64,000 nt of DNA from an uncultured Planctomycetota bacterium (lineage in GTDB: Bacteria; Planctomycetota; Planctomycetia; Isosphaerales; Isosphaeraceae): positions 1,344,001-1,408,000 of the forward strand of contig CAWGMQ010000008.1 of the NCBI GenBank assembly GCA_963823665.1, read 5' to 3'. A program made the position numbers and the translations under genes. Positions within the stretch are counted from its first letter, which is position 1. Every line of letters starts with the position of its first letter. The notes under the pieces are model-generated. The model saw nothing but the letters and a program-made list of their open reading frames with translations. It had not been told where the DNA came from and ran no database searches. Of the stretch, positions 23,336 through 34,174 are shown piece after piece.

Positions 23336-24121
23336 TCAGGCCCGCCCGATCGGTGCGACGATCGCCTTCCGTTTCATCAGCCCGCGCCGCGGCCCGTGCA
23401 GCGGAACCCGCGATGGTGCCGGACGCGTGCCGGCTGCCGGCGCATTCGCCCCCGGCTTCGGCCGTGGGTTTCCCGGCTGCTCCGGCACGACGATCGGCTT
23501 CTGACCGGGACCCTCGCCCTCGGGAAGCTCTTCAATGATCGTCGGCTTCCGCACCCGGCCGCCCTGCCGGTCGTCTCCCATCAAATCTCGCAGCTCATCG
23601 ACGTCATCTTGAAGAGCGTGCAAATCGCGATGCAGTGCCTGCAACTCGGTCAAGATCCGACTCGTGGGATCGTCCGATCCTTCAACGTCTGTGATGATCA
23701 TCAAGTTGTCTTCCGCCACGATGCGATACGTCAGCCCCACCTGGTCGAGCAGCAGCTTGAGGCCGGTCTTGAGCCGGACGCCATCGAGATCGAGCTGAAC
23801 CCGGTCCTCGGGTTCGACGTCTTGCCTGCCGAGTGCAGCCAGATCGAGCACCACCTCCGATTTGAGCGTCTGCTTCAGATGCGCGCAGACCTCGAAGAGC
23901 GGCGTCGGCTTTGCAAAGGGAAAGCGGTAGGGCCGGAGCAGAGCAACCTCGAGGGACGAGCCCTGTTTGGGCGCGTCGCCATCGGCGACTTCGGGCGCCG
24001 CAGGTCCGCCCCCTTTGGAAGTGCCCTGTTCGATCCTCGCCGCGCCGTCCGGGGCTCGCAATAAGAGCAGCAAGCCGCCGATCAATCCTGTGAAAACGAG
24101 CAGCCAGCGATTCCGAGTCAT
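23336..24121 (-). CDS. Hypothetical exported protein with an STN/secretin-N-like domain
   Basis: Hydrophobic leader; LDLDGVRLKTGLKLLLDQVGLTYRIV...LMIIT resembles an STN-type domain; then a coiled coil and a Pro-rich tail. Confidence 0.6.
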   Translation of the reverse strand: MTRNRWLLVFTGLIGGLLLLLRAPDGAARIEQGTSKGGGPAAPEVADGDAPKQGSSLEVALLRPYRFPFAKPTPLFEVCAHLKQTLKSEVVLDLAALGRQDVEPEDRVQLDLDGVRLKTGLKLLLDQVGLTYRIVAEDNLMIITDVEGSDDPTSRILTELQALHRDLHALQDDVDELRDLMGDDRQGGRVRKPTIIEELPEGEGPGQKPIVVPEQPGNPRPKPGANAPAAGTRPAPSRVPLHGPRRGLMKRKAIVAPIGRA

Positions 24122-24390
24122 GTTCCGGTCCCTTCGACTCAAGTCGATCGTGGCCAGGAAATCAAGCTGTTTTCCAGGGCGCAGGCCTTCCAGGCCCCGC
24201 CCTCCGTCAACCCGCATTCTACCCGCGAGAGGCTCAAACCGACTAGCGGAACCGAGTGCCCAGATCCAGTTCGGGCCTTCGGGATCGTGAACACCTTACC
24301 GTGACGATCGCCGCAAGACGTTCTGCAATCGTCTGGCTTCTGGTAAACTACGACAGAACGAAAGCTGACGCTCCGTAGCCTGGCAGGGCG

Positions 24391-24424
24391 CGGCTCCCGG
24401 GAGGGCGAGGCTCCTGGCGAGCCG
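24391..24424. repeat. REP-like palindromic element
   Basis: CGGCTC-CCGGGAGGGCGAGGCTCCTGGC-GAGCCG has inverted ends. The GGGAGGGCGAGGCTCC core is a recurrent planctomycete intergenic repeat, as I recall it. Confidence 0.45.
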
Positions 24425-24507
24425 AGCGGGCGTTCGCATTCCCGTTCGCGCGCTCACCGTTTTACGAATCGGCTTCCGGCGATCACGAAGGTGGGAACCA
24501 CGCGGTC

Positions 24508-25110
24508 ATGACGGCTAAGCCTCCCCAGCCGACGGTCTACGTCATCGCCGGGCCCAATGGTGCCGGCAAGACAACATTTGCGACCGAGTTCCTGCCGAAT
24601 TTCGTGAGTTGCCGCGAGTTCTTGAATGCCGACTTGATCGCCGCGGGCCTCTCACCGTTCGCTCCGGAGACCCAAAACATGCGTGCGGGCCGATTGCTGC
24701 TCGAACGCATTCGAGAACTTGCTAAGACAGGAAGGGACTTCGGGTTCGAGACGACGCTCGCGGGCCGGATACACGTCAAGCTGCTTACCGATCTGAGGAA
24801 ATGGGGTTACCGGATCAATCTCTTCTTCCTGTGGCTGCCCAGTGCGGATATGGCGATACGCCGCGTCCAGCAGCGTGTATCGGAAGGAGGGCACGGCGTG
24901 CCTGCTGACGACGTGAGGCGCCGCCATCGCCGAGGACTGCGAAACTTCTTCCGACTGTATGGTCCGCAAGTCGACTCATGGTGGCTTTACGACGCCTCCG
25001 CGACGCCTTGCACCCTCATCGCTCAGTTTGAAAATGGAACCCCGTTCGCCCTCGACCCCGAACGATTTCGCCAGATCCGCAAATCCACCGAGGAGAAGCG
25101 CGATGACTGA
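24508..25110 (+). CDS. Zeta-toxin-like P-loop kinase/ATPase (COG4185-like)
   Basis: IAGPNGAGKTT, LNADLIA.GLSP, FETTLAG, RV..RV..GGH.VP and W.LYDAS. Confidence 0.85.
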   Translation: MTAKPPQPTVYVIAGPNGAGKTTFATEFLPNFVSCREFLNADLIAAGLSPFAPETQNMRAGRLLLERIRELAKTGRDFGFETTLAGRIHVKLLTDLRKWGYRINLFFLWLPSADMAIRRVQQRVSEGGHGVPADDVRRRHRRGLRNFFRLYGPQVDSWWLYDASATPCTLIAQFENGTPFALDPERFRQIRKSTEEKRDD

Positions 25111-25300
25111 CAACCCCGAAACGTCGATGCGCGCGAAGGCAGACGCCGCCTTCCGTCAGGCGGCGGCCAAGGTCATCGCTCGCGCCAGACAGCACGGCAC
25201 ACGGATCATCCTCTACGAAGACGGCCAGATCGTTGAGCGCACCTGGCAAGAAATGGAAGAAGCTCTCGAGCGACAATCAATTCACCCGCGCGAAGAATGA
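25103..25300 (+). CDS. Small partner protein of the zeta-like toxin (putative antitoxin)
   Basis: 65 aa (MTDNPETSMRAKADAAFRQAAAKVIARARQHGT.II..EDGQIV). It has an AGGAG RBS and its start overlaps the toxin stop. Confidence 0.65.
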   Translation: MTDNPETSMRAKADAAFRQAAAKVIARARQHGTRIILYEDGQIVERTWQEMEEALERQSIHPREE

Positions 25301-25451
25301 ACGTCGCCCGTGAGACTTGACGCCAGGTCGTGCATCCCCCGATGCTAGGCCAACGTGGGTTCGATCGAGTTCCTGTCAGTCCTTTCATCCCGGTGCAGTG
25401 ATGCGGACGTTTCTCACGGGGCTAATAGTGCGGTCAGGAACGATCGTTCGC

Positions 25452-28400
25452 CTAGGGCGGTCCGAAGACGTCGTCGGGCAGCTCGCCGATCGGCCCGGCC
25501 AGGACGGCCTCGGCCTCGGCGCGGAATGCTGCTAGCTCCTTGGTTTCGTTGGCCCTCAGCGACGATGCGTGGCTCGCCCAGTCGATCGCGCGATCGAGAC
25601 ATCGACGCGCGTCGACTCGGTGCCCCAGGCGGTGATGGGCCATGGCGAGGAAGAACAAGTCGAAGCCATCGAACTGGCCTTTTCCGGCTGCGAGGCTCTT
25701 CTCCAGGGTCGTCACGGACTCGGCATATTTACCCGCTCGAAAAAGGACGACTCCCCGGGTGTTGAGCGACACCTGCTGCCCAGGTTCCAGTTCGACGGCC
25801 CGGAGGCTCAACTCGAGCGCCCGTTTTAGATCCGCACTTGACTTTAGGTTCGCGCCCAGGTCCCAGGCGAGGTTATTACAGCAGGTGGCCAGCAGCTCGC
25901 GGACCGGCGACCGCGACGGATCGAGCTTCAGCACGGCTTCCAGGTCTGGGATCGCGGGCGCCCAGTTCCGGAAACTCGCGGCATTGATCTGGGCTCGGAT
26001 GTACAGGAGATGTCCATCATCGGGGCGAAGGCGGATGGCTCGGTTCAGGTCGTCGATGGCTGCCGCCGGGCGACCGAGCTTCGCCAAGGCATGGGCGCGA
26101 TGGTGGTAGGCGTCGAAGTCATCGGAATTCTGCCTGATTCGCCCGCTGTACCGCTCGACCCGCGTCCCGGGATCATCAATCATGTCGTGTTCGATGTAGG
26201 GCGTGAGATGTCCATAATCGACCTTGAGCGGGGGCAGTGGCGGCAGGTCGGGCCGGGCTGTGTCGACTGCGGGGAAGGCCGGCGCATCCCAGTCGAGGCC
26301 CATCTCCACGAGGCGTCGGCGAATGACTCTCAAGTCGATGACCTGCGTGGACGGCGGATCGTTGGTCGTCGCGACGAGCCGAGAGGCGTCGGGGCTGAAT
26401 GTGACCCAACCCAAGGTTTTCTGATCGGGCGTTTCAAGCCGCGCGAGGACGCGGCTGGTCTCGATCTCGACCACCCTGAGAACGCCGCTCTGATCTCGGA
26501 CGATTCCCAGCCGGCCGTCGGGCGAGAAGCCCAGAAAGATATCCTCGAATTGCCCGACCTCACGCCAGCTCCCGACCTGCCAGATCCGGCACGTTCCTTG
26601 CGGCGTAGCGACCAGCCATTTCCCATTGGGACTGAATTGCGCGCCACCCAGGTCGAATGGGAGATCGGGCACCCTGGCGCCGTCCGGAAGACTCCAGAGC
26701 ATCAGGCCGGTGTCCATGTGATTGCTGGTCAATAGCCATTTCCCGTCGGGGCTGAGCGAGAGGCTCCGGCAGTCATTTAGTGGCCCGATCTTGATGGGTC
26801 GGTTGCCGAGCAAAACCTGGGCCTCCCCGTGCGCGGCCACGGCGACGATCTGGCCCGTCTGGTCCGTGGCGATCTGGCAATATGTTCCCGACAATGGCAA
26901 GATGCGAGGTGGTCCGATCCGAACTTCGCCGCTCGTCGCATCAGTTTGAATCGCCCATCGCAAGACGCCGGCATCGCCGTTGGTGAGCAGGTCGCCCGAG
27001 GGCTCGAACATGCTGTGCCAGGCGTTCCCTATCGACAGGAAGCCGAGCTCCGTCTTGCGTGCCAGGTCCCAGAGGATGACCCCGCAGTCGGTGCCCACGG
27101 CCAGGATCCGACCGTCGCGATGAATCGACGCGCGTGCATGATTCAGTGCGCGGTTCGAGGCATACCGGAGCGTCGTGTATTCGACGGCCGGGTTGACCTG
27201 CCAGGGTCGAATACCAGATCGCAGGCTAACGAAGATCCGTCCGTCCTTCCTGAAGGCAAAGCCCCCGCCCGTCAGGCTGAGCCGCTCTCGGCCCGTGGCC
27301 GTATCCCAAATCCGCAGGCGACCCTCCCAGGTATTGCTGGCCAGTAACGTTCCGGCAGGGTGGAAGGAGAGATCGAGGCCGCCGTGGGCAAAAGGCAATT
27401 CCAGTGTTGCTCCTCGTTCGCCCCTCGTGGCGCTGAAAAGGGAGATCTTGCTCGCGTCGATTGCCGCGATCGCCAGCGTCGAGCCGTCGGGGCTCCACGC
27501 AACCGGTCCGCCGGGTGGGTTTGACACGGTCCTGAGCTGCCGGCCGGTTTCGGCATCGAGGATGAGGCACGCGGCTGGATTGCCGGCATAGACAACCGCA
27601 ATCGCCCCTCCATCGGGCCGGAATGACAGATAGTTCACTGGGCGCCGTCCGTTCCAAAGCCGGGACAGTCCAGTCGCCAGATCGTACACCTGGACCGTGC
27701 CGTCACGAGCGGCGACAGCGATCCGACGACTGTCGGGGCTGAATCTCGTCGCCCAGCCGTCGCAAACGCCCGGCGCGGTCCAGACGAGGGAGTTCCTGTC
27801 GACGTCCCAGACCGAGATGGAGTCACCATCCTTGGAGGCGAAATACTTCCCATCGGGGCTGAAGGTGAACACAGGAGAGTGCAGATCGTTCTTCGCAATG
27901 AACCGAGCGATCTCCTGTTCGTCGCCGATCCGCCGGACCAAGATGGTCCCATCGATTTGCCGAAATGCAAAACGAGTCACGCCACTGTCCAAGGCGAAAT
28001 TCGTGCTCGAACTGGGCGGTTGGAACGATGGGCCCGCCGGCTTCATGTCGGGCAGCATCATGCTGGCAATCGCCTCGTCGCGGAGCCGGTCGAATCTCTC
28101 GGCGGGAAATCCGAGCTCGCGGCCGATCTTCACCGCTTCCGTAATGGCATCCAGGCTGTCGAACCGCTGGCCGGGCTGACGGCTGAAGCGGCTGGCGCGG
28201 GCCTGGGAGGTCTTGGCTTCGAACAGCTTTTTGCGCCCCTCGATTTCCGATACTTCCAGGTCCTTGGCGTAGGCGGCGTACCGTTCCCGGCTGTCGCGAT
28301 AGAATTTGGCCATGATCGTCGCACCGATGGCCAGGGCGATCGTCGTCGTGGCGGCGGTGATACTGGCTGTGGCCAGCAAGGGATTTCGTTTGCACCAGCG

Positions 28401-29779
28401 CCCGAACCGCTCGGCGGGTGAGATGGGACGCGACCGGGTTGGAAGGCCTTGGGCGCAGCGTTGCAATTCGTCGGCCAGCTCGCGAGCCGAGCCGAAGCGA
28501 TCCTTGGCATCCTTGGCCAGAGCTTTCAGAATGATGGTTTCCAGGTCGCGAGGGACGTGGTGGTCGATGAGCCTGGGACGCTGCGGCGGTTCATGTACAA
28601 TCTGGTCGATCAACCTGACCTGGTCCGTCCCGTCGAACGCGGGCCGCAGCGTGACCAGCTCGTAGAGGGTTGCACCCAGGGCATAAATGTCGCCGCTTCG
28701 ACCCGAGCGTCCTCGGAATCGCTCGGGAGCCATGTACCGAAGCGTGCCCACCATATCCTGCGATTTCGAAACGTCCTCGCCTCCCTCCATCTTGGCCAGG
28801 CCGAAGTCAGTCACCCAGACGTTGCCCTGGACGTCGAGCAGCAGGTTGGAAGGCTTGATGTCGCGATGGAGGACGCCCGCGCGGTGGGCATGCTCCAAGG
28901 CATCAGCCACCTGGCGCAAACCCTGGCGACCTGCCGGTAATACCGGCCCTCGACCGAACCACCCAGCGATGAAGCGGTGAACGACGGCACCTCGCGAGGC
29001 ATCTCCGGTTCCTCGTCGAGCACATCCTCGACGATCGGAGCGGATTCGGCATCGCTCGCGTCGGAAGGCCCGGTCACCGTCGGGGCCAAATCCGGTGTCT
29101 CGCCGATCGCGAACTGGCCGGTCAAAAGCCCTTCGGCAGCAGAGCGCGGCCTGACGATGGCTGGCGCAGCGCCCGAGCCACGAAATTCGCGGGTGAACGT
29201 CATCTCCTCTGGCGAGCCATCCTCTCTGAGTCGACGGAGGTCCTTGAGGACACTGTCGAGCGGCTGCCCCTTGATGTACTGCATCGCATAGTAGCAAACG
29301 CCGCCTTGCTCGCCAAAATCGAAGACGCTGACGATGTTCGTATGGTGCAGCCCCGCCGCCGCTCGGGCCTCGAGGTTGAACCGGCGCAGGAACTTCTTGT
29401 CGTTCCGGATGCGCGGATGCATCACCTTGAGCGCCACCCGGCTCTTGAGCGAGCTGTGCTCGGCCTCGTAGACCACTCCCATGCCCCCGCCGCCGATCTG
29501 GCGGACGATCCGGTAGTCGCCCAGGCTCTCCGGATGGTTAAGGGTCATCGAGCCGGAGCCGTGCGCTGGAGAACCTCGTAGCGAGCCGGTGGAACCACCG
29601 AGTTGCTCCAGCTCCAGCAGAGCTGGGATGATTTCCTCTAGCTCCTCGGCCAGATGGGGATGGCGAGCGACCAATTCGGGGAGCGAGGGTCGCTCGCCTT
29701 TCCGGAACCGATCCAGGAAAGCTTCCACCACGGGCCCGACGCCATCGTCGGCCGAACTCGATGTGCCTCGATGGTTCAT
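25452..29779 (-). CDS. Hanks-type Ser/Thr kinase with TM segment, WD40 propellers and TPRs; frameshift near 28915
   Basis: IGGGGMGVVY, VALK, HRDIKPSN, DFG and GTLRYMAPE; repeated FSPDG; C-terminal TPRs (LNTRGVVLFRAGKY). The ATG overlaps the corrected stop of the ECF gene (ATGA). Confidence 0.88.
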
Positions 29780-30446
29780 TGCCAGAATCCTGTTCCCGTT
29801 CCGGAGAGTGCGGTGAGGATTTGCTTGAGACGTTTCAACGCCCGAATATAACGCTTCGTGGCCGCCGATTCGCCGAGGCCGAGCACTCGCGCCACTCGCC
29901 GTTGGAGAGCTGCTCGAAATGCCGCAGGACAAGGACCTCGCGGTCGATGTCATCCATCGTATTGAGTGCGTCTTGCAGCCTCAGCTTCCGTTCGGCCCGG
30001 ATGGCCACCTCGCTCACCCGGGTCTCCCGGCCCAGGAGCTGGGCCGCGATCGCGGCCGAGGATGCCACGGGCGACGCCACGCCGTGAATCGAGATCTCTC
30101 GACCCGCGTTCCTCGCTTCCGTCCCGAGGTGGTGCCGGTGCGCGATCTGGAGCCGCTGAAGGGTGAGGAACCGCAACCAGAGGAAAGGAGGCATCGGCTC
30201 CGGTTCGCGCTCGTAATCCGCCTTGCGCTCGGTCGCCTCGAGAAACGCTTCCTGAATCACGTCGGAGGGATCGATCCGGCCTAACAAGCGTTCATCAAGC
30301 CGGAGCGCGACCATCCGGCGCAGGCGGTCGCGGTGGCCGGCCAGGAATCCGCCCCAGTCCGTCTGTTGCGGCCGCCTGGGATGATCGGAATCCTGATCGC
30401 AGCCCCCTCGCGCTCCTTCGTCCGGGGGGGGTTTGTCGATGTCCAT
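29776..30446 (-). CDS. ECF sigma factor, planctomycete kinase-associated type (TIGR02984-like); frameshift near 29895
   Basis: RDRLRRMVALRLD.RL.GRIDPSDVIQEAF and DREVLVLRHFEQLSN. Adding one G restores GEVARVLGLGESAATKRYIRALKRLK...GFWQ* ending at 29776. Confidence 0.85.
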
Positions 30447-30708
30447 ACTCCAAGACTGCGCCGGGAGAGTTTCGGGACAAGAAATTATCCAGAATTCGAA
30501 TTGGAGAGCGTTACACCGAAATCCACGGTTACACCGAGACCAACTTCGTGGAATTCGCGGTGCTGGGGGCTCTCGGGGAGTTTGGCAGAAATTCTGGGCC
30601 GCGGATTTTGTTCGGAAAGGATGACCCGAACAGCACGACACGCGCAGTCCTTTTGATGGTCGGCTTCAAGACGTCATGCTAAAGTCGAGAGGGTGGGGGA
30701 GCATTTCC

Positions 30709-33700
30709 ATGCCGGACACGAAAACATGTCCTCGCTGCGGCGCGAGCCTCGCCACGGACGATCCCCACGGCCCGTGTCCGTCGTGCCTGATCCGGGCCGG
30801 CCTGATCGAGGAAGCCGTGCCCGAAACATGCGGTCCTTCAGGCTTGACCGGACCTCTTCCGAAGGAACGAGCCGGAGAACGCCGGACGGCGCCATCGGTT
30901 GGAAACGCGGCCGGTGCGCCGTCGATCAACACCACCGTCCCTTCAGTTGACGACCAGGCGACCACCGGACTCAACGGCGCCTCAAGCGGCGGCGCGGCTG
31001 ACGGCGTCAGCCCCTGCTTCGGCGACTATGAGCTCCAGGGTGAGATCGCCCGAGGCGGCATGGGCGTCGTGTACCGGGCCCGCCAGATCAGCCTGAACCG
31101 GACTGTCGCCTTGAAGCTGATTCTTGGCTCGCAGCTCGCCAACGAAACGGACGTGAGGCGGTTCCATGGCGAGGCCGAGGCCGCCGCGAACCTCGACCAT
31201 CCCAACATTGTGCCGATTTATGAAGTAGGTGTGCACCAGGGGCAGCATTACTTCAGCATGAAGCTCATCGAGGGCGGGAGCCTGACCCGCCAGATCGGCG
31301 AGCTGGTCCACAAGCCACGAAGCGCGGCGGCGCTCCTGGCCACCGTCGCGCGGGCTGTGCATCGAGCCCATCAGCGGGGCATCATCCACCGCGACCTCAA
31401 GCCCTCCAACATCCTGATCGATCGAGACGGCGAGCCCCACGTCACCGACTTTGGGCTGGCCAAGCGGATTGAAGCCGACGGGGACAGCGGGCTCACCCAG
31501 TCCGGTGCCATCATGGGGACGCCGAGCTACATGCCACCCGAGCAAGCCGGCGGACGAGTCAGGCAGCTCACGACGGCGGTCGATGTCTATGCCTTGGGCG
31601 CGGTCCTCTTCGAGCTCTTGGCCGGCCGGCCGCCGTTTCAGGCTGAGTCGGTGATGGAGACGCTCATGCAGGTGCTCGAGAATGAGCCGCGCCGGCCGCG
31701 CTCGCTGAATCCGCGGGCTGACCGCGATCTGGAAACGATCGCACTCAAGTGCCTGGAGAAAGATCCAGCGCGGCGGTACGGCTCGGCCGAGGCGCTGGCG
31801 GAAGACCTCGAGCGGTGGTTGAACCATGAGCCCATCCGGGCGCGTCCGGTTTCGGTGTTCGAGCGGGTGGCCAAGTGGGTCACGCGGCGGCCGGCGATCG
31901 CGGCGCTGTGCCTGACGATCGTGGTCCTCGCCATCGCAGGTGCAACCGGTGTGCTTTTCCAGTGGCAAAGATCGGTGACCGCGCGCAATGAGGCGATCCG
32001 AAGCGACGCACTGGCTCGGGCCGCCGACGCAAGTGCTCGCGCCGCCAAGGCCGACGCTCGCGCCGCACAGGCCGAGGCCGACAAGAACCACGAGCTGGCG
32101 GCGCTGCAAGCCCAGTACCGCTACTTCAACCTGATCAAGATGGCCGACCGCTACCTGAGGGCGAGCAACGTAGCACAGGCCGAGCAATTCCTCGCGGCTT
32201 GCCCCGCAAACTTGCGCGCCTGGGAGTGGGGCTACCTCAAGCGGCTATGCCATCCCGAGCTGCGCTCGTTCGTCGGCGCGGGCGTCGCATTCAGTCCGGA
32301 CGGTCGATTTCTGGCCATCGACAACGGCGCGCAGCAGACAGTCACCCTCCTCGACACCAAGGCATGGACGACCGCCCGCGTCTTCCAGGGCTTGAGCTCG
32401 CACGTCGCCTGCTTTGCCTTCAGCCCCGACGGCAAGCTGCTGGCCGCCGCGGGTCGCGATAAGACCATCAAGGTCTGGAATGCGGCCGACGCGCGCGAGC
32501 TGGCCGCTCTGAAAGGACACACCGGCGATTTCGTCCGCGATCTGGCCTTCTCTCGCGACGGCAAGCTCCTGGCCTCGGCCGGAGCGCGGTTGAATCCGAT
32601 CCAGGGAGGAGTCATGTCCGACGAAGTCCGAATCTGGGACATCGCCCAGGCCAGGCTGGTGCGCGCGATCCCCGACGCCGGCCACAGCGTCGCCTTCAAC
32701 CCCGACGGCGACCGCCTCGCGGTCTGCATCGAGCGGACGGTCCCGATCAGGGGCAAGACAGGTGTCGTCGGCGGGGCGCTTGAGGTTCTCGACGTGAAGA
32801 GTGGAGCCGCGGTCTGGACAATCCAGGCCGACGGATCGGCCGAGAGAGAGCTCCACTACAGCCCGGACGGCACGCGGCTGGCCTCGTCCAACGGACGAAG
32901 CGGCGAGGTGCGGATCCGCGACGCGGCGGGCGGCCGCCTGTTGCAGACTTTGCACGGTCACAAAGAGGGCGTCACGTGTCTGGCCTTCAGCCCCGACGGC
33001 AAGCGGCTAGCCACCGGCGGCGCCGACACGGCGGTCAAAACCTGGAGCCTCGCAGATGGTCGCGAGCTGGCTGCTTATCATGGACACACCGCCCGTGTCA
33101 CCTCGGTCGCTTTCGCCCCCGACGGCATGACCCTGGCCTCGGCCGACGGGAACGGGTCGGTCCGGATCTGGGACGCCACGACCGAGCCCGGTACCCGCAC
33201 CCTGCCCACATTCGAGCATAGCCCTTTTGTCACCGTGCCAAGTCACGACTGCAAGCAGCTCGCGATGCTGCGACCGCGCTTTTTTGCCGTGAATCTTGCC
33301 ACGGCCGAGGCGGAAACCGGTCGACTGTTACACTCGCTGCGCACCTTTGCCGCCTCTGAAGGGTTCACCTCGGACATCAAGCTGCAGTTCAGCGGGGACG
33401 GCCGGACCCTGGCCTCCACTGACGGCAAAAACCTGGTGCAGGTCTGGGACCTGACCACCGGCCACGAACGGGCCGCACTCAAAAGCCATTCCCATAAGGT
33501 GACCGCCCTGGCGTTCAGTCCCGACGGCAAGACCGTGGCCACGGCGGATTCGGCCAGATCGCTCAAGCTCTGGGAGGTCGCAAGCGGGCGCGAGCAGCAA
33601 ACGCTTCTGAGCGAATTCAGCCCGCTCGCCCTGGCGTATAGCCCCGATGGCAGAAGGTTGGCTGTGACCGGGCACGGCGAGGCTCTGACCGAGATGGCCG

Positions 33701-34164
33701 GCGAGTCCGAGCGACCGCTCATCTTGCCCGGGAAGGGAGCCGTTTGGGATCTTGCCGCCGCCCGCGTCCTGTACGCGCTTCCGGACCAACGCATGCGAAC
33801 CGTCGCTGTCGCTTTCAGCCCCGATGGCTCGCGGCTGGCAACCGCGAGCTGGGACGGCACTGCAAAGCTGATCGATGCGTCTTTCGGCAAGGAGATCAAT
33901 CAACTGGGCGGTCACACCGGTCATGTCAACGACGTCGCGTTCAGCCCGGACGGCAAGCGGCTGGTCACCTGCGGCGCCGATCAGACGATCAAGCTCTGGG
34001 ACGTGGCGACCGGCCAGGAAGTCCTCGAGTTGAGCGATGGCAACAGCGTGGAGCGAATCGCCTTCAGCCTCGACGGCGGGCAGATCGTCGCCAGCAGCGA
34101 GGGACGAATCAAGCTCTGGGTTTCGACCCGTGACGGCGAACCACCACCAATGACCGGCCCTTGA
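30709..34164 (+). CDS. Hanks-type Ser/Thr kinase with N-terminal CxxC-CxxC knuckle, TM segment and WD40 repeats
   Basis: CPRC...CPSC; IARGGMGVVY, HRDLKPSN, DFGLAK and GTPSYMPPEQ; TM segment AIAALCLTIVVLAIAGATGVLF; many GH...AFSPDG...WD repeats. Confidence 0.92.
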   Translation: MPDTKTCPRCGASLATDDPHGPCPSCLIRAGLIEEAVPETCGPSGLTGPLPKERAGERRTAPSVGNAAGAPSINTTVPSVDDQATTGLNGASSGGAADGVSPCFGDYELQGEIARGGMGVVYRARQISLNRTVALKLILGSQLANETDVRRFHGEAEAAANLDHPNIVPIYEVGVHQGQHYFSMKLIEGGSLTRQIGELVHKPRSAAALLATVARAVHRAHQRGIIHRDLKPSNILIDRDGEPHVTDFGLAKRIEADGDSGLTQSGAIMGTPSYMPPEQAGGRVRQLTTAVDVYALGAVLFELLAGRPPFQAESVMETLMQVLENEPRRPRSLNPRADRDLETIALKCLEKDPARRYGSAEALAEDLERWLNHEPIRARPVSVFERVAKWVTRRPAIAALCLTIVVLAIAGATGVLFQWQRSVTARNEAIRSDALARAADASARAAKADARAAQAEADKNHELAALQAQYRYFNLIKMADRYLRASNVAQAEQFLAACPANLRAWEWGYLKRLCHPELRSFVGAGVAFSPDGRFLAIDNGAQQTVTLLDTKAWTTARVFQGLSSHVACFAFSPDGKLLAAAGRDKTIKVWNAADARELAALKGHTGDFVRDLAFSRDGKLLASAGARLNPIQGGVMSDEVRIWDIAQARLVRAIPDAGHSVAFNPDGDRLAVCIERTVPIRGKTGVVGGALEVLDVKSGAAVWTIQADGSAERELHYSPDGTRLASSNGRSGEVRIRDAAGGRLLQTLHGHKEGVTCLAFSPDGKRLATGGADTAVKTWSLADGRELAAYHGHTARVTSVAFAPDGMTLASADGNGSVRIWDATTEPGTRTLPTFEHSPFVTVPSHDCKQLAMLRPRFFAVNLATAEAETGRLLHSLRTFAASEGFTSDIKLQFSGDGRTLASTDGKNLVQVWDLTTGHERAALKSHSHKVTALAFSPDGKTVATADSARSLKLWEVASGREQQTLLSEFSPLALAYSPDGRRLAVTGHGEALTEMAGESERPLILPGKGAVWDLAAARVLYALPDQRMRTVAVAFSPDGSRLATASWDGTAKLIDASFGKEINQLGGHTGHVNDVAFSPDGKRLVTCGADQTIKLWDVATGQEVLELSDGNSVERIAFSLDGGQIVASSEGRIKLWVSTRDGEPPPMTGP

Positions 34165-34174
34165 AGAAGACGTG

